In this document: in pieces, positions 42,811 through 52,176 of the stretch
Numbering within the stretch: position 1 is the stretch's first letter
Layout: every line of letters starts with the position of its first letter
Origin: Candidatus Binatia bacterium
GTDB taxonomy: Bacteria; Desulfobacterota; Binatia; UBA9968; CAXXLF01
Reading direction: 5' to 3'
Assembly: GCA_963664015.2 (NCBI GenBank)
Contig: CAXXLF010000001.1
Span: forward strand, 1,120,001-1,184,000
Length of the DNA stretch: 64,000 nt
Made by a program: the position numbers and the translations under genes
Notes under the pieces: model-generated
What the model saw: only the letters and a program-made list of their open reading frames with translations
Told to the model about the DNA's origin: nothing
Databases searched by the model: none

Positions 42811-44100
42811 TCAGCCTCTCTCACTCATGGGCACGAAGGAACGGTTATCCGCTCCTTCGTAAATTTGTCTAGGCCGGGCAAGCTTCTGTTCCGAATCGAG
42901 CAGCATCTCTTCCCATTGGGCGATCCAACCGGATGTCCGACCGATGGCAAATAGTACAGGGAACATGTCCAGCGGAAGCCCCATCGACTGGTAGATGAGC
43001 CCAGAATAAAAATCCACGTTGGGATAGAGCTTGCGTGTGATAAAATAGTCGTCTTCAAGCGCGATTCGTTCCAATTCGAGGGCGATATCCAGGAGTGGAT
43101 TGCGGCCCGTGACCTCGAAAACCGAGTCTGCCGTCTCCTTGATGATCTTGGCCCTGGGGTCATAGTTCTTATAAATCCGGTGGCCAAAACCCATGAGTCT
43201 CCCCTCTCCTCCCTTCACCTTCTTAATGAAGTCGTTGACCTTATCCTTGGACCCGATTTCCATGAGCATACGCAGGACCGCTTCGTTGGCCCCTCCGTGA
43301 AGAGGGCCGTAGAGAGCCGCCGCAGATGCAGCGAGAGAGCAATAGGGATCCACCTGAGAGCTCCCCACCCCACGCATCGTGTTCGTGCTACAGTTCTGCT
43401 CGTGATCCGCATGCAGGATGAACAGCACGTCCATGGCCTTCTCCAGTATCGGATTGGGTTTGTATTGGAGCTCGGTCATCTTGAACATCATGTTGAGGAA
43501 ATTACCCGGATAGCTGAACTCGTTGTCCGGATAGGCGTAAGGAAGACCCAGGCTATGCCGATAGGCGTAAGCAGCCAGAGTCGGCAACTTCCCAAGTAGG
43601 CGGTAGGTCTGGATCCTGCGTGATTCGGCGCTGAAAATGTCTTTTGCATCAGGATAAAAGGTCGAGAGGGCCCCGACAGCACTGACCAGCATCCCCATAG
43701 GGTGTGCGTCATGATGAAAGCCGTCCATAAACTTCTTCATGCTCTCGTGGACCATCGTGTGGTTGATCACATTCCAACTCCACTCCTCTAACTGGGGGCG
43801 AGTTGGGAGCTCGCCTGCAACGAGAAGATAGGCGGTTTCCAGGTAGCTGCTCTTCTCTGCCAGCTCTTCTATGGGATAGCCCCGATAACGTAAAATGCCC
43901 AGATCCCCATCGATAAAGGTAATTCGGCTTCGGCAGGAGGCCGTATTCATGAAGCCGGGGTCGTAGCTCATCAGGCCAAAATCGTCGTCGGACACCGTTA
44001 TCTGGCGCAGATCCGTCGCGTTGATGGTACCGTCACTTATCGGGATCTCATAACTCTTCCCGGTGCGATTGTCCTTAATTATCAGTGTGTCAGATGCCAT
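42811..44100 (-). CDS. gltA: Citrate synthase
   Basis: DGDLGILRYRGY, HADHEQN, GPLHGGAN, GFGHRIYK, YPNVDFYSG. Confidence 0.97.
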   Translation of the reverse strand: MASDTLIIKDNRTGKSYEIPISDGTINATDLRQITVSDDDFGLMSYDPGFMNTASCRSRITFIDGDLGILRYRGYPIEELAEKSSYLETAYLLVAGELPTRPQLEEWSWNVINHTMVHESMKKFMDGFHHDAHPMGMLVSAVGALSTFYPDAKDIFSAESRRIQTYRLLGKLPTLAAYAYRHSLGLPYAYPDNEFSYPGNFLNMMFKMTELQYKPNPILEKAMDVLFILHADHEQNCSTNTMRGVGSSQVDPYCSLAASAAALYGPLHGGANEAVLRMLMEIGSKDKVNDFIKKVKGGEGRLMGFGHRIYKNYDPRAKIIKETADSVFEVTGRNPLLDIALELERIALEDDYFITRKLYPNVDFYSGLIYQSMGLPLDMFPVLFAIGRTSGWIAQWEEMLLDSEQKLARPRQIYEGADNRSFVPMSERG

Positions 44101-44149
44101 AGTCATTCTCCCCTGCCTAACTCCAAGTATACATTTCGAATCGAACTAT

Positions 44150-44178
44150 TTTTTAGACCATCCTATCCTACCAGTCAA
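44150..44178 (-). promoter_or_regulatory. Putative sigma70 promoter for citrate synthase
   Basis: TTGACT-17 nt-TAAAAA. Confidence 0.5.
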
Positions 44179-44194
44179 CTTGCCCGGCCAGTGA

Positions 44195-44653
44195 CTACAC
44201 GCTGTCCGGATGCAGTGCCCATTGGATCTTCCAACGAGCCTTCTCTTGGCTGAGACAAACAACGGTTCCCGTTGAAAAACTAACCGCCTCGGCGCCTCCA
44301 TTGCGATTCACCAGGAGAGAGAGGAGCTGCTCAAGATGCGGTAGATGGCCGACCAATATCAGTGGCCCCTCTTCAGTTTCCACCTCCTCCTTCGCTAGCA
44401 AAGGATCGTCTTCGGGTGCTAACCCACTGATTTCACTGACACCTTCAGAAGGGTGAAGGGTGCTGGCCAGGATCTCGGCAGTTTCCTTAGCTCGGAGTTT
44501 TTCCGAATGTAGGATCCGCATCGCCCTCATCCCCTTTTTGACAGCGGCGCGCGCAACCCGCGCTACCTCTTCCCGCCCTTTTTGACTCAAAGGACGCCGT
44601 GGGTCCTTACCATCCGATTGGGCCTTTCCATGCCTTACTAGATACAATTTCAT
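44195..44653 (-). CDS. sixA: Phosphohistidine phosphatase SixA
   Basis: LYLVRHG, RAKETA, LVGHLP. Confidence 0.92.
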   Translation of the reverse strand: MKLYLVRHGKAQSDGKDPRRPLSQKGREEVARVARAAVKKGMRAMRILHSEKLRAKETAEILASTLHPSEGVSEISGLAPEDDPLLAKEEVETEEGPLILVGHLPHLEQLLSLLVNRNGGAEAVSFSTGTVVCLSQEKARWKIQWALHPDSV

Positions 44654-44712
44654 ACGCTACGATCTAACCTCAAACGATCACCCGGACCCCTACCAAAACG
44701 CAGGGTCCAGTC

Positions 44713-45267
44713 CTAGCTCGTAAAAGAATGGTTCTTCAGAAATACGTCGGCATCCTCTTTGCTGAAAAAGACCAGACCAACCTCTTTTATCGTTATTGCC
44801 GCGACCAGCGATTCCTCAATGGCCTTGGAAGCGACTCGGGCTGCCTCATCCTGAGGGTATCCGTAGATCCCTGTAGAGATTGCCGGGAAGGCCACGGTGG
44901 TGAGGCCTTTTTTCACCGCAAGGGCCAGTGAGTTACGGTAACAGTCCGCCAATTGTCTTGCCTTGTCCGGACCTCCGCGGGAGTAAACCGGACCCACCGT
45001 ATGAATGACAAACCTTGCCGTCATCTTTCCTGCCGTAGTGATCACCGCCCGCCCTGTCGGTAACCCATCCGAATACTCGCTTCGTCTTATCTCTTTGCAT
45101 TCGGCCAGGATATCCTTCCCACCGGCACGGTGAATAGCTCCATCCACACCACCACCACCCATCAGGGAGCCGTTGGCGGCATTGACAATAACATCGACCG
45201 CTTCTTCGGTGATATCTCCTGCTTTGACCACGACACGACCACCCGCGAATCGTTTGAGTTCCCCCAT
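44713..45267 (-). CDS. Macrodomain O-acetyl-ADP-ribose deacetylase (YmdB-like)
   Basis: GDIT, IVNAAN, GGGVDGAIH, FPAISTGIYGYP. Confidence 0.94.
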   Translation of the reverse strand: MGELKRFAGGRVVVKAGDITEEAVDVIVNAANGSLMGGGGVDGAIHRAGGKDILAECKEIRRSEYSDGLPTGRAVITTAGKMTARFVIHTVGPVYSRGGPDKARQLADCYRNSLALAVKKGLTTVAFPAISTGIYGYPQDEAARVASKAIEESLVAAITIKEVGLVFFSKEDADVFLKNHSFTS

Positions 45268-45484
45268 GAGTAACGGTTCCTTGCTTCTATGAATCGGTTC
45301 GTCTCATTCTTGATTGGGGATAATCATTATAATGACGCAATTCCCATACCAGTCGAAGTCAGAGATCTTCCCGCTGACCATACGAGAGACTAGCAAATAA
45401 ATGGCTGGCTTTTTAGATTTGAGCAAGCGAGAATGTGCATCGTATCTAAATTTCAAGTCCATTGGGGGCACAGGGGGGAACAGT

Positions 45485-46849
45485 ATGGAAGCCGTATTCA
45501 ATTTAATTGGAGTCGTCAATGCCTTTGTCTGGGGTTATCCTATGATGATCCTACTCATCGGTACCGGATTTTGGCTCACCTTTGGAACCCGAGTGGTACA
45601 GGTGCGACAATTCGTGCATGCTTGGCGTCTAACCCTGGGAGGCGCCTTCCGCCGCGAAGCCCCATCCAATGCAGCTACAGGAGACATCACTCCCTTTCAA
45701 GCGTTGATGACGGCACTCTCGGCTACGGTTGGTAACGGCAATATTGCAGGGGTGGCAACAGCGATTGCCCTGGGCGGTCCTGGCGCCCCCGTCTGGATGT
45801 GGCTTACCGGTCTGGTTGGAATGGCAACCAAATACGCAGAAGCGCTCCTGGGAGTTAAATATCGGGAGAAGGCGCCCGATGGGACCATGTCCGGAGGCCC
45901 CATGTATGCGTTGAAGAACGGTCTCGGCAAACACTGGCTTGGCTGGATCTTCGCGCTGTGCGGCGCCATCGCAGCACTGGGTATCGGCAACATGGTCCAA
46001 GCCAATTCTATTGCCTTGGTCTTTCGCACAGAGATGGGTGTTCCAGTCTGGATCACAGCCGTAGCGCTAGCACTGCTCACATGGCTCGTAATCATTGGCG
46101 GTATCAAGCGAATTGCTACGGTGGCCGAGTTTCTAGTACCGATCATGTGTGTGGCCTATTTCCTTGGTGGGATTGTAATCATCATTGTAAAAAGCGCCCA
46201 GATCCCCGCCGCATTGAGTTTGATTTTTCGGACCGCCTTCAAGGGACAGTCTGCAGTGGGGGGATTTGCTGGGGCGGGGATTGCCCAGGCACTTCGCTAT
46301 GGGGTGGCGCGAGGGATTTTTTCCAACGAGGCGGGAATTGGTTCTGCTGGCATCGCCCATGGCGCCGCCAAGACCACGTCCCCCGCACGCCAGGGTAATG
46401 TGGCGATGCTGGGAGTGTTTATCGATACATTGCTGATCAACACCATCACGACACTGGCCATTGTCCTGACCGGGGCGTGGTCCACTGGCCGCACTAGCAC
46501 ATCTCTCACCGCCCATGCCTTCAGCTCCGTCCTGGGCAATCTGGGAGCCTGGATCGTTACCTTCGGCTCAGTGACATTCGGTTATTCTACACTCCTGACC
46601 TGGTCCTACTACGGTTTAAAATGCACGGACTATCTCTTTGGGATCCGCGCGTCGCTTCTGTACCGGTGGTTCTGGTGCCTGGTCATCGTCATCGGCGCGC
46701 GCTTTGCTGACGATGTTGCAGGTGTTAAGTTTATCTGGAATTTCGCAGATACGGTGAACGGCGCCATGGCCATCCCTAATCTAATCGGGCTGATCTGGAT
46801 GAGCCGGACAGTCTTCCGTGAGACCAAGGACTATAATGCAATTAATTAA
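45485..46849 (+). CDS. Alanine/glycine:cation symporter (AGCS family)
   Basis: TVGNGNIAGVATAI, GGPGA, GGPMY, FSNEAGIG. Confidence 0.95.
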   Translation: MEAVFNLIGVVNAFVWGYPMMILLIGTGFWLTFGTRVVQVRQFVHAWRLTLGGAFRREAPSNAATGDITPFQALMTALSATVGNGNIAGVATAIALGGPGAPVWMWLTGLVGMATKYAEALLGVKYREKAPDGTMSGGPMYALKNGLGKHWLGWIFALCGAIAALGIGNMVQANSIALVFRTEMGVPVWITAVALALLTWLVIIGGIKRIATVAEFLVPIMCVAYFLGGIVIIIVKSAQIPAALSLIFRTAFKGQSAVGGFAGAGIAQALRYGVARGIFSNEAGIGSAGIAHGAAKTTSPARQGNVAMLGVFIDTLLINTITTLAIVLTGAWSTGRTSTSLTAHAFSSVLGNLGAWIVTFGSVTFGYSTLLTWSYYGLKCTDYLFGIRASLLYRWFWCLVIVIGARFADDVAGVKFIWNFADTVNGAMAIPNLIGLIWMSRTVFRETKDYNAIN

Positions 46850-46893
46850 GCGCCCAGGTTGTATTCCTAAGCTAGAGTAATTTTTTTCAGGCC

Positions 46894-47601
46894 ATGATTT
46901 ACCAGACCAGAAGCCCCATGATCGGCGGAGGAAGCGTCACCCCTGCGGTCAAGGCATTGCTCATCATCAACGGGGTTGTCTTTCTCATCCAAAGCTTCCT
47001 GGACCGTAGCGTATTTATCATCTTCGGCCTCGTTCCTTTCCTGGTTTGGGAGGAATATTACCTCTGGCAGCTCTTTACCTACCAGTTTCTTCATGGCGGG
47101 CTCTTCCATCTTTTATTCAATATGCTGGCTTTGTGGATGTTCGGCTGCGATCTGGAGCGACGTTGGGGAACCGCTTTTTTCCTCAAATACTACTTCGTTT
47201 CCGTGATAGGCGGTGCGTTACTCAACACGGCTTTCTTGCCTTTGCAAATCGTGCCCAGTATCGGGGCTTCAGCGGGAATCTACGGCATCCTGCTTGCCTA
47301 CGGTCTGGCCTATCCCAATCGGACGATCTATTTTTACCTTCTCTTCCCAATCAAAATGAAATATTTCGTGCTAATCATCGGTGGGATTTCTCTTTATTCC
47401 TCCCTGACGGCTAGCCATTCGGGCATCGCCCACATGGCCCACCTGGGAGGGATGGCCTTTGGCTACCTCTATCTACGGTGGGGCTATTTCCTGGGCTGGG
47501 TAAACATCACCATCGATCGCTACCTTCTGGCTCGCCGAAAGCGTCGCTTGCGTATCATTGACGGTAAGAAAGACGACGACTCCAAGCCCACACTTCACTA
47601 G
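46894..47601 (+). CDS. Rhomboid family intramembrane serine protease
   Basis: WQLFTYQFLH, HLLFNM, GASAG, AHLGG. Confidence 0.94.
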   Translation: MIYQTRSPMIGGGSVTPAVKALLIINGVVFLIQSFLDRSVFIIFGLVPFLVWEEYYLWQLFTYQFLHGGLFHLLFNMLALWMFGCDLERRWGTAFFLKYYFVSVIGGALLNTAFLPLQIVPSIGASAGIYGILLAYGLAYPNRTIYFYLLFPIKMKYFVLIIGGISLYSSLTASHSGIAHMAHLGGMAFGYLYLRWGYFLGWVNITIDRYLLARRKRRLRIIDGKKDDDSKPTLH

Positions 47602-47637
47602 ACCTCCGTCGTACGATCTCTGAAGCTAGGGACAAAT

Positions 47638-47873
47638 CTATTCCGGGGGCAAGGACGACACGATTTCAACCAGTTTGGTCCTAGAGGTCTCGCCCCGCAG
47701 GATTTTTACACAAACTTGGGTACGGAGAAATATGTCGCCAGCGCGCCAATCAGCGCCTGGTTGGCCTTTCCCTCCCGAGCGGGCGCACGGACGGATACGA
47801 TGAATTCACCTTCCCCGGTCATTTGGACCTCTTCGCTCTTGGACTGTGCCACCACACGAACTCGGATCTTCAC
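47638..47873 (-). pseudogene. DUF167 (YggU-like) protein with a 1-nt deletion
   Basis: Not in the ORF track. VKIRVRVV...VRAPAREGKANQALI...FSVPK, then a frame change to VKILRGETSRTKLVEI; the span is 236 nt, one short of a multiple of 3. Confidence 0.8.
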
Positions 47874-47911
47874 GATGATTACAACCGGGTCCGGCTCCGG
47901 TTAGATTTGGA

Positions 47912-48184
47912 CTAATCGAAGGGGAGGCGATGTTTCTTCTCGCTATTGCACTTCTTGCAGCTGGCGACAAGGTTCCCTTTCGTGCTCTTTCCACCGCGAG
48001 CGATAGGGACTAGGTGGTCCATGGTCAGTTCCCGTGGCAAGAACATTTCGCCACAGTGATGGCATACACCCTTGGACGTTTTGCGTTTCCACCACTGGCT
48101 CGAACGCAGCTCCTGCGCCTTCTTGCGCTCGCGTTGTATTTCCTTGTCGCTCACGGGGACTAGAAAGCCTTCAGGATGGTTCAT
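47912..48184 (-). CDS. Small HNH endonuclease family protein
   Basis: CHHC...TMDHLVPIARGG...NLVASCKKCN. Confidence 0.9.
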   Translation of the reverse strand: MNHPEGFLVPVSDKEIQRERKKAQELRSSQWWKRKTSKGVCHHCGEMFLPRELTMDHLVPIARGGKSTKGNLVASCKKCNSEKKHRLPFD

Positions 48185-48211
48185 TCTGGCATATATTCCG
48201 AAGCACCTTGG

Positions 48212-48403
48212 TTACTTGAGCCATTTCTTCAACGACCGTAGATAAACGCCGAATCCCACCGCAACCGTAAAGTAAAGAAGGACACGGACGAGGCCCCAGG
48301 AATCTCCGTCAGTCGGAATTCGGGCGAATTCCCAAACTACAAATCCAAGAAAAAAAACGACTGCCGTTGTAATCAGAATTTTATGAACCGTGAGCAAAGT
48401 CAT
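48212..48403 (-). CDS. Small two-TM membrane protein
   Basis: Two hydrophobic segments and a basic tail; operon-like spacing. Confidence 0.7.
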   Translation of the reverse strand: MTLLTVHKILITTAVVFFLGFVVWEFARIPTDGDSWGLVRVLLYFTVAVGFGVYLRSLKKWLK

Positions 48404-48420
48404 GAGTCATCCATTCCCGC

Positions 48421-49443
48421 CTAGCCGTTGGAAAATCCTTGCTGCCACCGGGGGAGGGCTTCCGAATTAAGGACATGGGCGGGGGGACTCCCTTCCAAAA
48501 GCGAGAGAATAGTTTTGATGGCCATCCGGTGCCCCAGATCACGGCTGATGATGCTATTTCCGATGATATGGGGCGTCAGGATTAAACGCGTGGGGTCCAG
48601 CGAGCGCAGAGGGTCGTCCATAGGGAGCGGCTCTTTCTCGAATACATCCAGGGCCGCTCCAGCAATTACATTCTCTTTGAGGGCTGAGGCGAGTTCTTGC
48701 TGATCGATCGTGCCTCCCCGTGAGGTGTTCACCAGAAAGGCACTGGGCTTCATCAACCGGAGTGCCCGGCGACCGATCAGGTGTCGGGTTTCCGAATTTA
48801 GGAGCATATGGATCGAAACCACATCCGACTGACGCATCACTTCCTCCAGCGATGCCATCTCCACGCCAAGTTTTGCCATCTCATCACTTTGTACATACGG
48901 ATCACAGGCCATAAGCCGCACCCCCCATCCCTGAAGACGCTTGGCCAACTCCTTGCCTATGCGTCCGAGTCCAACCAGCCCAACGGTCTTCCCCATGATC
49001 AGATCGCCTGTATTCTTCTCCTTCTTCCACCCGCCCGTTCGGATATCCTCCTCGTTGAGCTTGAGTCGTTTGATCAGGGCCAGGATGAGACCGACCGTGG
49101 CTTCGGCAACACCAATATAATTCTCCGGAACAGGGCTGTTACAAACAAGAATGCCTAACTCGGTAGCGGCTTTAATATCGACATTTTCAACTCCAATAGA
49201 GGCCTTGACGACCGCACGAAGGTTCCGGCACCCCTTCAATACCGCACGGGTCACCTGTTCGCGGGTTGAAACCAGCAATAGATCCGCACTCCCAATAAGG
49301 TCAATAAAGGCCTCGGGTCCATAAAAATGTTTAGAAAATCGCTCAAAGGATTTCCCCAGAACGACCTCGTATCCGGCGGCCCGGAACTCTGCCTCGACCC
49401 AAGGTCTATCGGTAGGACCGGAAATACATATTTTGTTTGCCAT
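48421..49443 (-). CDS. D-isomer specific 2-hydroxyacid dehydrogenase (SerA-like catalytic core)
   Basis: GLVGLGRIG, VNTSRG, LDVFEKEP, TPHI. Confidence 0.92.
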   Translation of the reverse strand: MANKICISGPTDRPWVEAEFRAAGYEVVLGKSFERFSKHFYGPEAFIDLIGSADLLLVSTREQVTRAVLKGCRNLRAVVKASIGVENVDIKAATELGILVCNSPVPENYIGVAEATVGLILALIKRLKLNEEDIRTGGWKKEKNTGDLIMGKTVGLVGLGRIGKELAKRLQGWGVRLMACDPYVQSDEMAKLGVEMASLEEVMRQSDVVSIHMLLNSETRHLIGRRALRLMKPSAFLVNTSRGGTIDQQELASALKENVIAGAALDVFEKEPLPMDDPLRSLDPTRLILTPHIIGNSIISRDLGHRMAIKTILSLLEGSPPAHVLNSEALPRWQQGFSNG

Positions 49444-49564
49444 GGACAGGTGAATTCCAAATTTCAGCGAAACCAGTTTAAAGATTCTATCCTCAAAAAA
49501 CCACAACCCCCACGCGGGTTCAAGTCCTGAGGGGTTAGCCCCTATGCAGGTTAATACTACCGGT

Positions 49565-49887
49565 GGGAGACAGCCCTGGCGACAAGTACGCTCCTCGGGG
49601 ACCGAGCCTCCAGGCCTTGGCAATAGGTCCGTGAATAACTGAAGTGCGGTATCGGATTCCTTCGGCCTTTCGCCTCAATCCCATTCGGATCGACTCCAGC
49701 GGGTAAAAGGGTCCGGACCCGCTTGGATTAGCTGAGAACTGAAGGCTGACAACTGATAGCTAAACATTAGGCGACCGCAGAGGGGGACAGCCCCCGAGCC
49801 CGTGCTCCTTGGGAAACGAATCTTCGGGCGCGCACTCATCTTCATTCCCCTCAGCACATTGAACTCAGGCGAAGGAGGCCGGTCCCG
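49565..49887. repeat. Modular intergenic repeat, copy 3
   Basis: Most of the modules of 41241-41502 in a different order, with two copies of the GGGACAGCC...CTC...GGG..CGAA unit. Confidence 0.8.
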
Positions 49888-49969
49888 TTAGCGCCTTGCG
49901 ACCGGGAGAAGACGTATTATAATTGTTAGGATTTCAGCCTATGATCGAATTCGAAAGAGGAGAATAGAT

Positions 49970-50350
49970 ATGAGTCGAGAGGCAGTGAATACAGATGCCG
50001 CGCCCAAGGCCATTGGACCGTACGAGCAAGGGATCAAGGCCAATGGATTTCTCTTTACCTCCGGTCAGATCGCCCTCGATCCCAAGAGTGGAAAACTGAT
50101 TGAGGGTGACATCACGGCACAGACGAGACAGGTGTTTCAAAACCTGAAGGCGGTTCTGGAAGCGGGGGGTTCATCGTTGGACCGGGTGGTCAAGGCAACT
50201 GTGTTTATCAAGGCAATGAGTGATTTCCCGACCATCAATGGGGTCTACCAGGAGTATCTTGGCGCCTCAAAGCCGGCACGTTCTACAGTCGTAATCGTCG
50301 ACTTACCCAAAGGAGCCTTGATCGAGATTGATCTGGTCGCACTCACCTGA
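49970..50350 (+). CDS. ridA: RidA family reactive intermediate deaminase
   Basis: APKAIGPYEQ, SGQIALDP, PARS, LPKGALIEID; GAGGAG RBS. Confidence 0.93.
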   Translation: MSREAVNTDAAPKAIGPYEQGIKANGFLFTSGQIALDPKSGKLIEGDITAQTRQVFQNLKAVLEAGGSSLDRVVKATVFIKAMSDFPTINGVYQEYLGASKPARSTVVIVDLPKGALIEIDLVALT

Positions 50351-50495
50351 GGCAAGTTCAACCAGCGTCAATCCACAAAACGGGCCAGCGACAACCCATT
50401 AGGCGAGAAATAGTGAAAGTGAGCGGTAAAGGTGCCTCCCCCTGGGTGATAATCCTGGAAAAGGCGTAAGGACTAAGTACGAACGAGTCGCATGG

Positions 50496-51941
50496 TTACT
50501 TCTGAGCGACGAGGGAAAGCATCTCATCATCGCCGGGAAATTTATACTCCTCTACCTTGCGTTTAACGGCCTCCGCCTTCTCTTCAGCCTCAATTCGTTC
50601 CAGATCCTTCTTGGAGATGTAGGCAACTCCCCTGCTTTTCAAAAGCTTCTCAAAGAAATCCACTTTTTGGGAAACCTCAGCCGATGAAAGACTTGCACCG
50701 ACACTCACGTAGGCATCGACAATCTTAGCCCCCTTCTCCGCATCTTTTCTAGGTTCTGTTACTTTTTGTGAGATTTCGTTTTCCGCCGGGTCCCCGTTGG
50801 TAGCCAGGAATTCATTGATCACCTTAGCACCCCGCTCCGCATCCTGCTTCGCAATCCCGACCAGACCGACGCTTGCATTGCGCGACCACCCGATCAAAAA
50901 GATTCCCGGACAAACGGCCTTCTTTTGCGGATCATAGGACTGGTATTGGGCAGGGTTCGGACTGCCGGGTAGCTCTTCCGGGTTAGCAATGAAGTAGCCG
51001 CGGGAACTGGGGATCCCGATAGCCGGGTCTACCTGATCGCCAATGGCATAGATGACAGTGTCCACATCTAATGGCAGGAATTTCCCCGTGCCTTTGGGGG
51101 AGGTTCGTCCATCCTTGAGAAGCAATTCGTTCTCCTCGACCTCCAGTGAGGCAACCTTGCCCTCTGGGTTGGGAATAACCTGATGGGGCGAGGAAAGGTA
51201 ACGGAACTTGAGACGTTGGCTCGATGGCGCATCTTCTTTCCCTTCAACCAATGCCTTCATAAATTCTGTTGTGTCCTGACCGACGGCCTTGAGCCTTGGC
51301 TCGATCCGCTTCAACTCCTCTTCCAAATCCGCCATATAGAGGAAAGGCTGTACGTACTCAAATTCCTTGTCGTCGTACGCCTTATCCAGTGGGCCCCGGC
51401 GTGCCACCACGAACACCTCACTGACTTCCTTGAAACGCAGGAGCCAGTGGGCGATATCAACCATCACGTTACCCATACCGATGATGGCGACCTTATTCCC
51501 GATTTCGAATTTTTGCTGGCTGAAGGGCGGCAGGCTGTTGTAATGGTACACCACGTCCTTGGCGTGGTAGACCCCAAGACTGTCCTCTCCTGGAAGTCCG
51601 AGCTTCTTGGTTCCCTGGGCGCCAGCGGCAATCACGATGGCCCCTGGCAGCATTTCTTGTAACGTATCGAGGTTGACCGCCTTGCCTTCTCCAACGCCCA
51701 CGTGCCCGAAGTAGTGCAACTTGGGGTGTGCAAGGATTTTCTTGAACTGCTTACGCAAACCATCCTTCATTTTGTACTTGTTGAGAAAGATCCCATATTC
51801 GGCCAGACCGCCGGGCTTGATGTCCCGGTTGAGCAGGAGGACCGTATGTCCCGCCTCCAGGAGTTTGCGCGAGGCATAAATACCAGCCGGACCGGCCCCA
51901 ACCACTATCACCAGATGCTGATTTCCATCGGACTCTGCCAT
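50496..51941 (-). CDS. FAD/NAD(P)-dependent oxidoreductase, ferredoxin-NADP+ reductase (FprA/adrenodoxin reductase-like)
   Basis: VGAGPAG, GGLAEYG, IIGMGNVMVD, ARRGP, IYAIG, IGWSR...GLVG. Confidence 0.82.
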   Translation of the reverse strand: MAESDGNQHLVIVVGAGPAGIYASRKLLEAGHTVLLLNRDIKPGGLAEYGIFLNKYKMKDGLRKQFKKILAHPKLHYFGHVGVGEGKAVNLDTLQEMLPGAIVIAAGAQGTKKLGLPGEDSLGVYHAKDVVYHYNSLPPFSQQKFEIGNKVAIIGMGNVMVDIAHWLLRFKEVSEVFVVARRGPLDKAYDDKEFEYVQPFLYMADLEEELKRIEPRLKAVGQDTTEFMKALVEGKEDAPSSQRLKFRYLSSPHQVIPNPEGKVASLEVEENELLLKDGRTSPKGTGKFLPLDVDTVIYAIGDQVDPAIGIPSSRGYFIANPEELPGSPNPAQYQSYDPQKKAVCPGIFLIGWSRNASVGLVGIAKQDAERGAKVINEFLATNGDPAENEISQKVTEPRKDAEKGAKIVDAYVSVGASLSSAEVSQKVDFFEKLLKSRGVAYISKKDLERIEAEEKAEAVKRKVEEYKFPGDDEMLSLVAQK

Positions 51942-52042
51942 GAATGAAACACTCCCTTTTATATGAGATATTGTTTTTGTAAACCGTCGCTTCGGGACCC
52001 GCCGGATATGAGGAGAAAATCCTGCCTACACCCGAATAGACA

Positions 52043-52067
52043 GGAGGGACGAGTCTTTCGTCCCTCC
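52043..52067. terminator. Strong hairpin downstream of the Rieske/cyt b operon
   Basis: GGAGGGACGA-GTCTT-TCGTCCCTCC, a perfect 10-bp stem; weak U-tract. Confidence 0.5.
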
Positions 52068-52176
52068 CTTAAGATTACCTAATTTTATAGGCAATTTATA
52101 GTGATTAGAAGGGGGGAGCGGTAACGAACCTCTCCCCGACCCAAATCCCAATCTATGAGAGAACCGGTGGCAACCG

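Noticed and set aside
44195-45267. Macrodomain plus SixA as a toxin-antitoxin or ADP-ribosylation system
   Set aside because: No ADP-ribosyltransferase or sirtuin partner is present; both are common standalone genes.
47912-48184. HNH gene as a homing endonuclease or defence system
   Set aside because: It is a small standalone HNH in a housekeeping context, with no intron, methylase or mobile-element features.
49512-49545. tRNA T-arm-like GGGTTCAAGTCC
   Set aside because: No D-arm, anticodon arm or matching acceptor stem.
36634-49887. Intergenic repeats as a CRISPR array
   Set aside because: The copies are dispersed, degenerate and not regularly spaced, and there are no cas genes.
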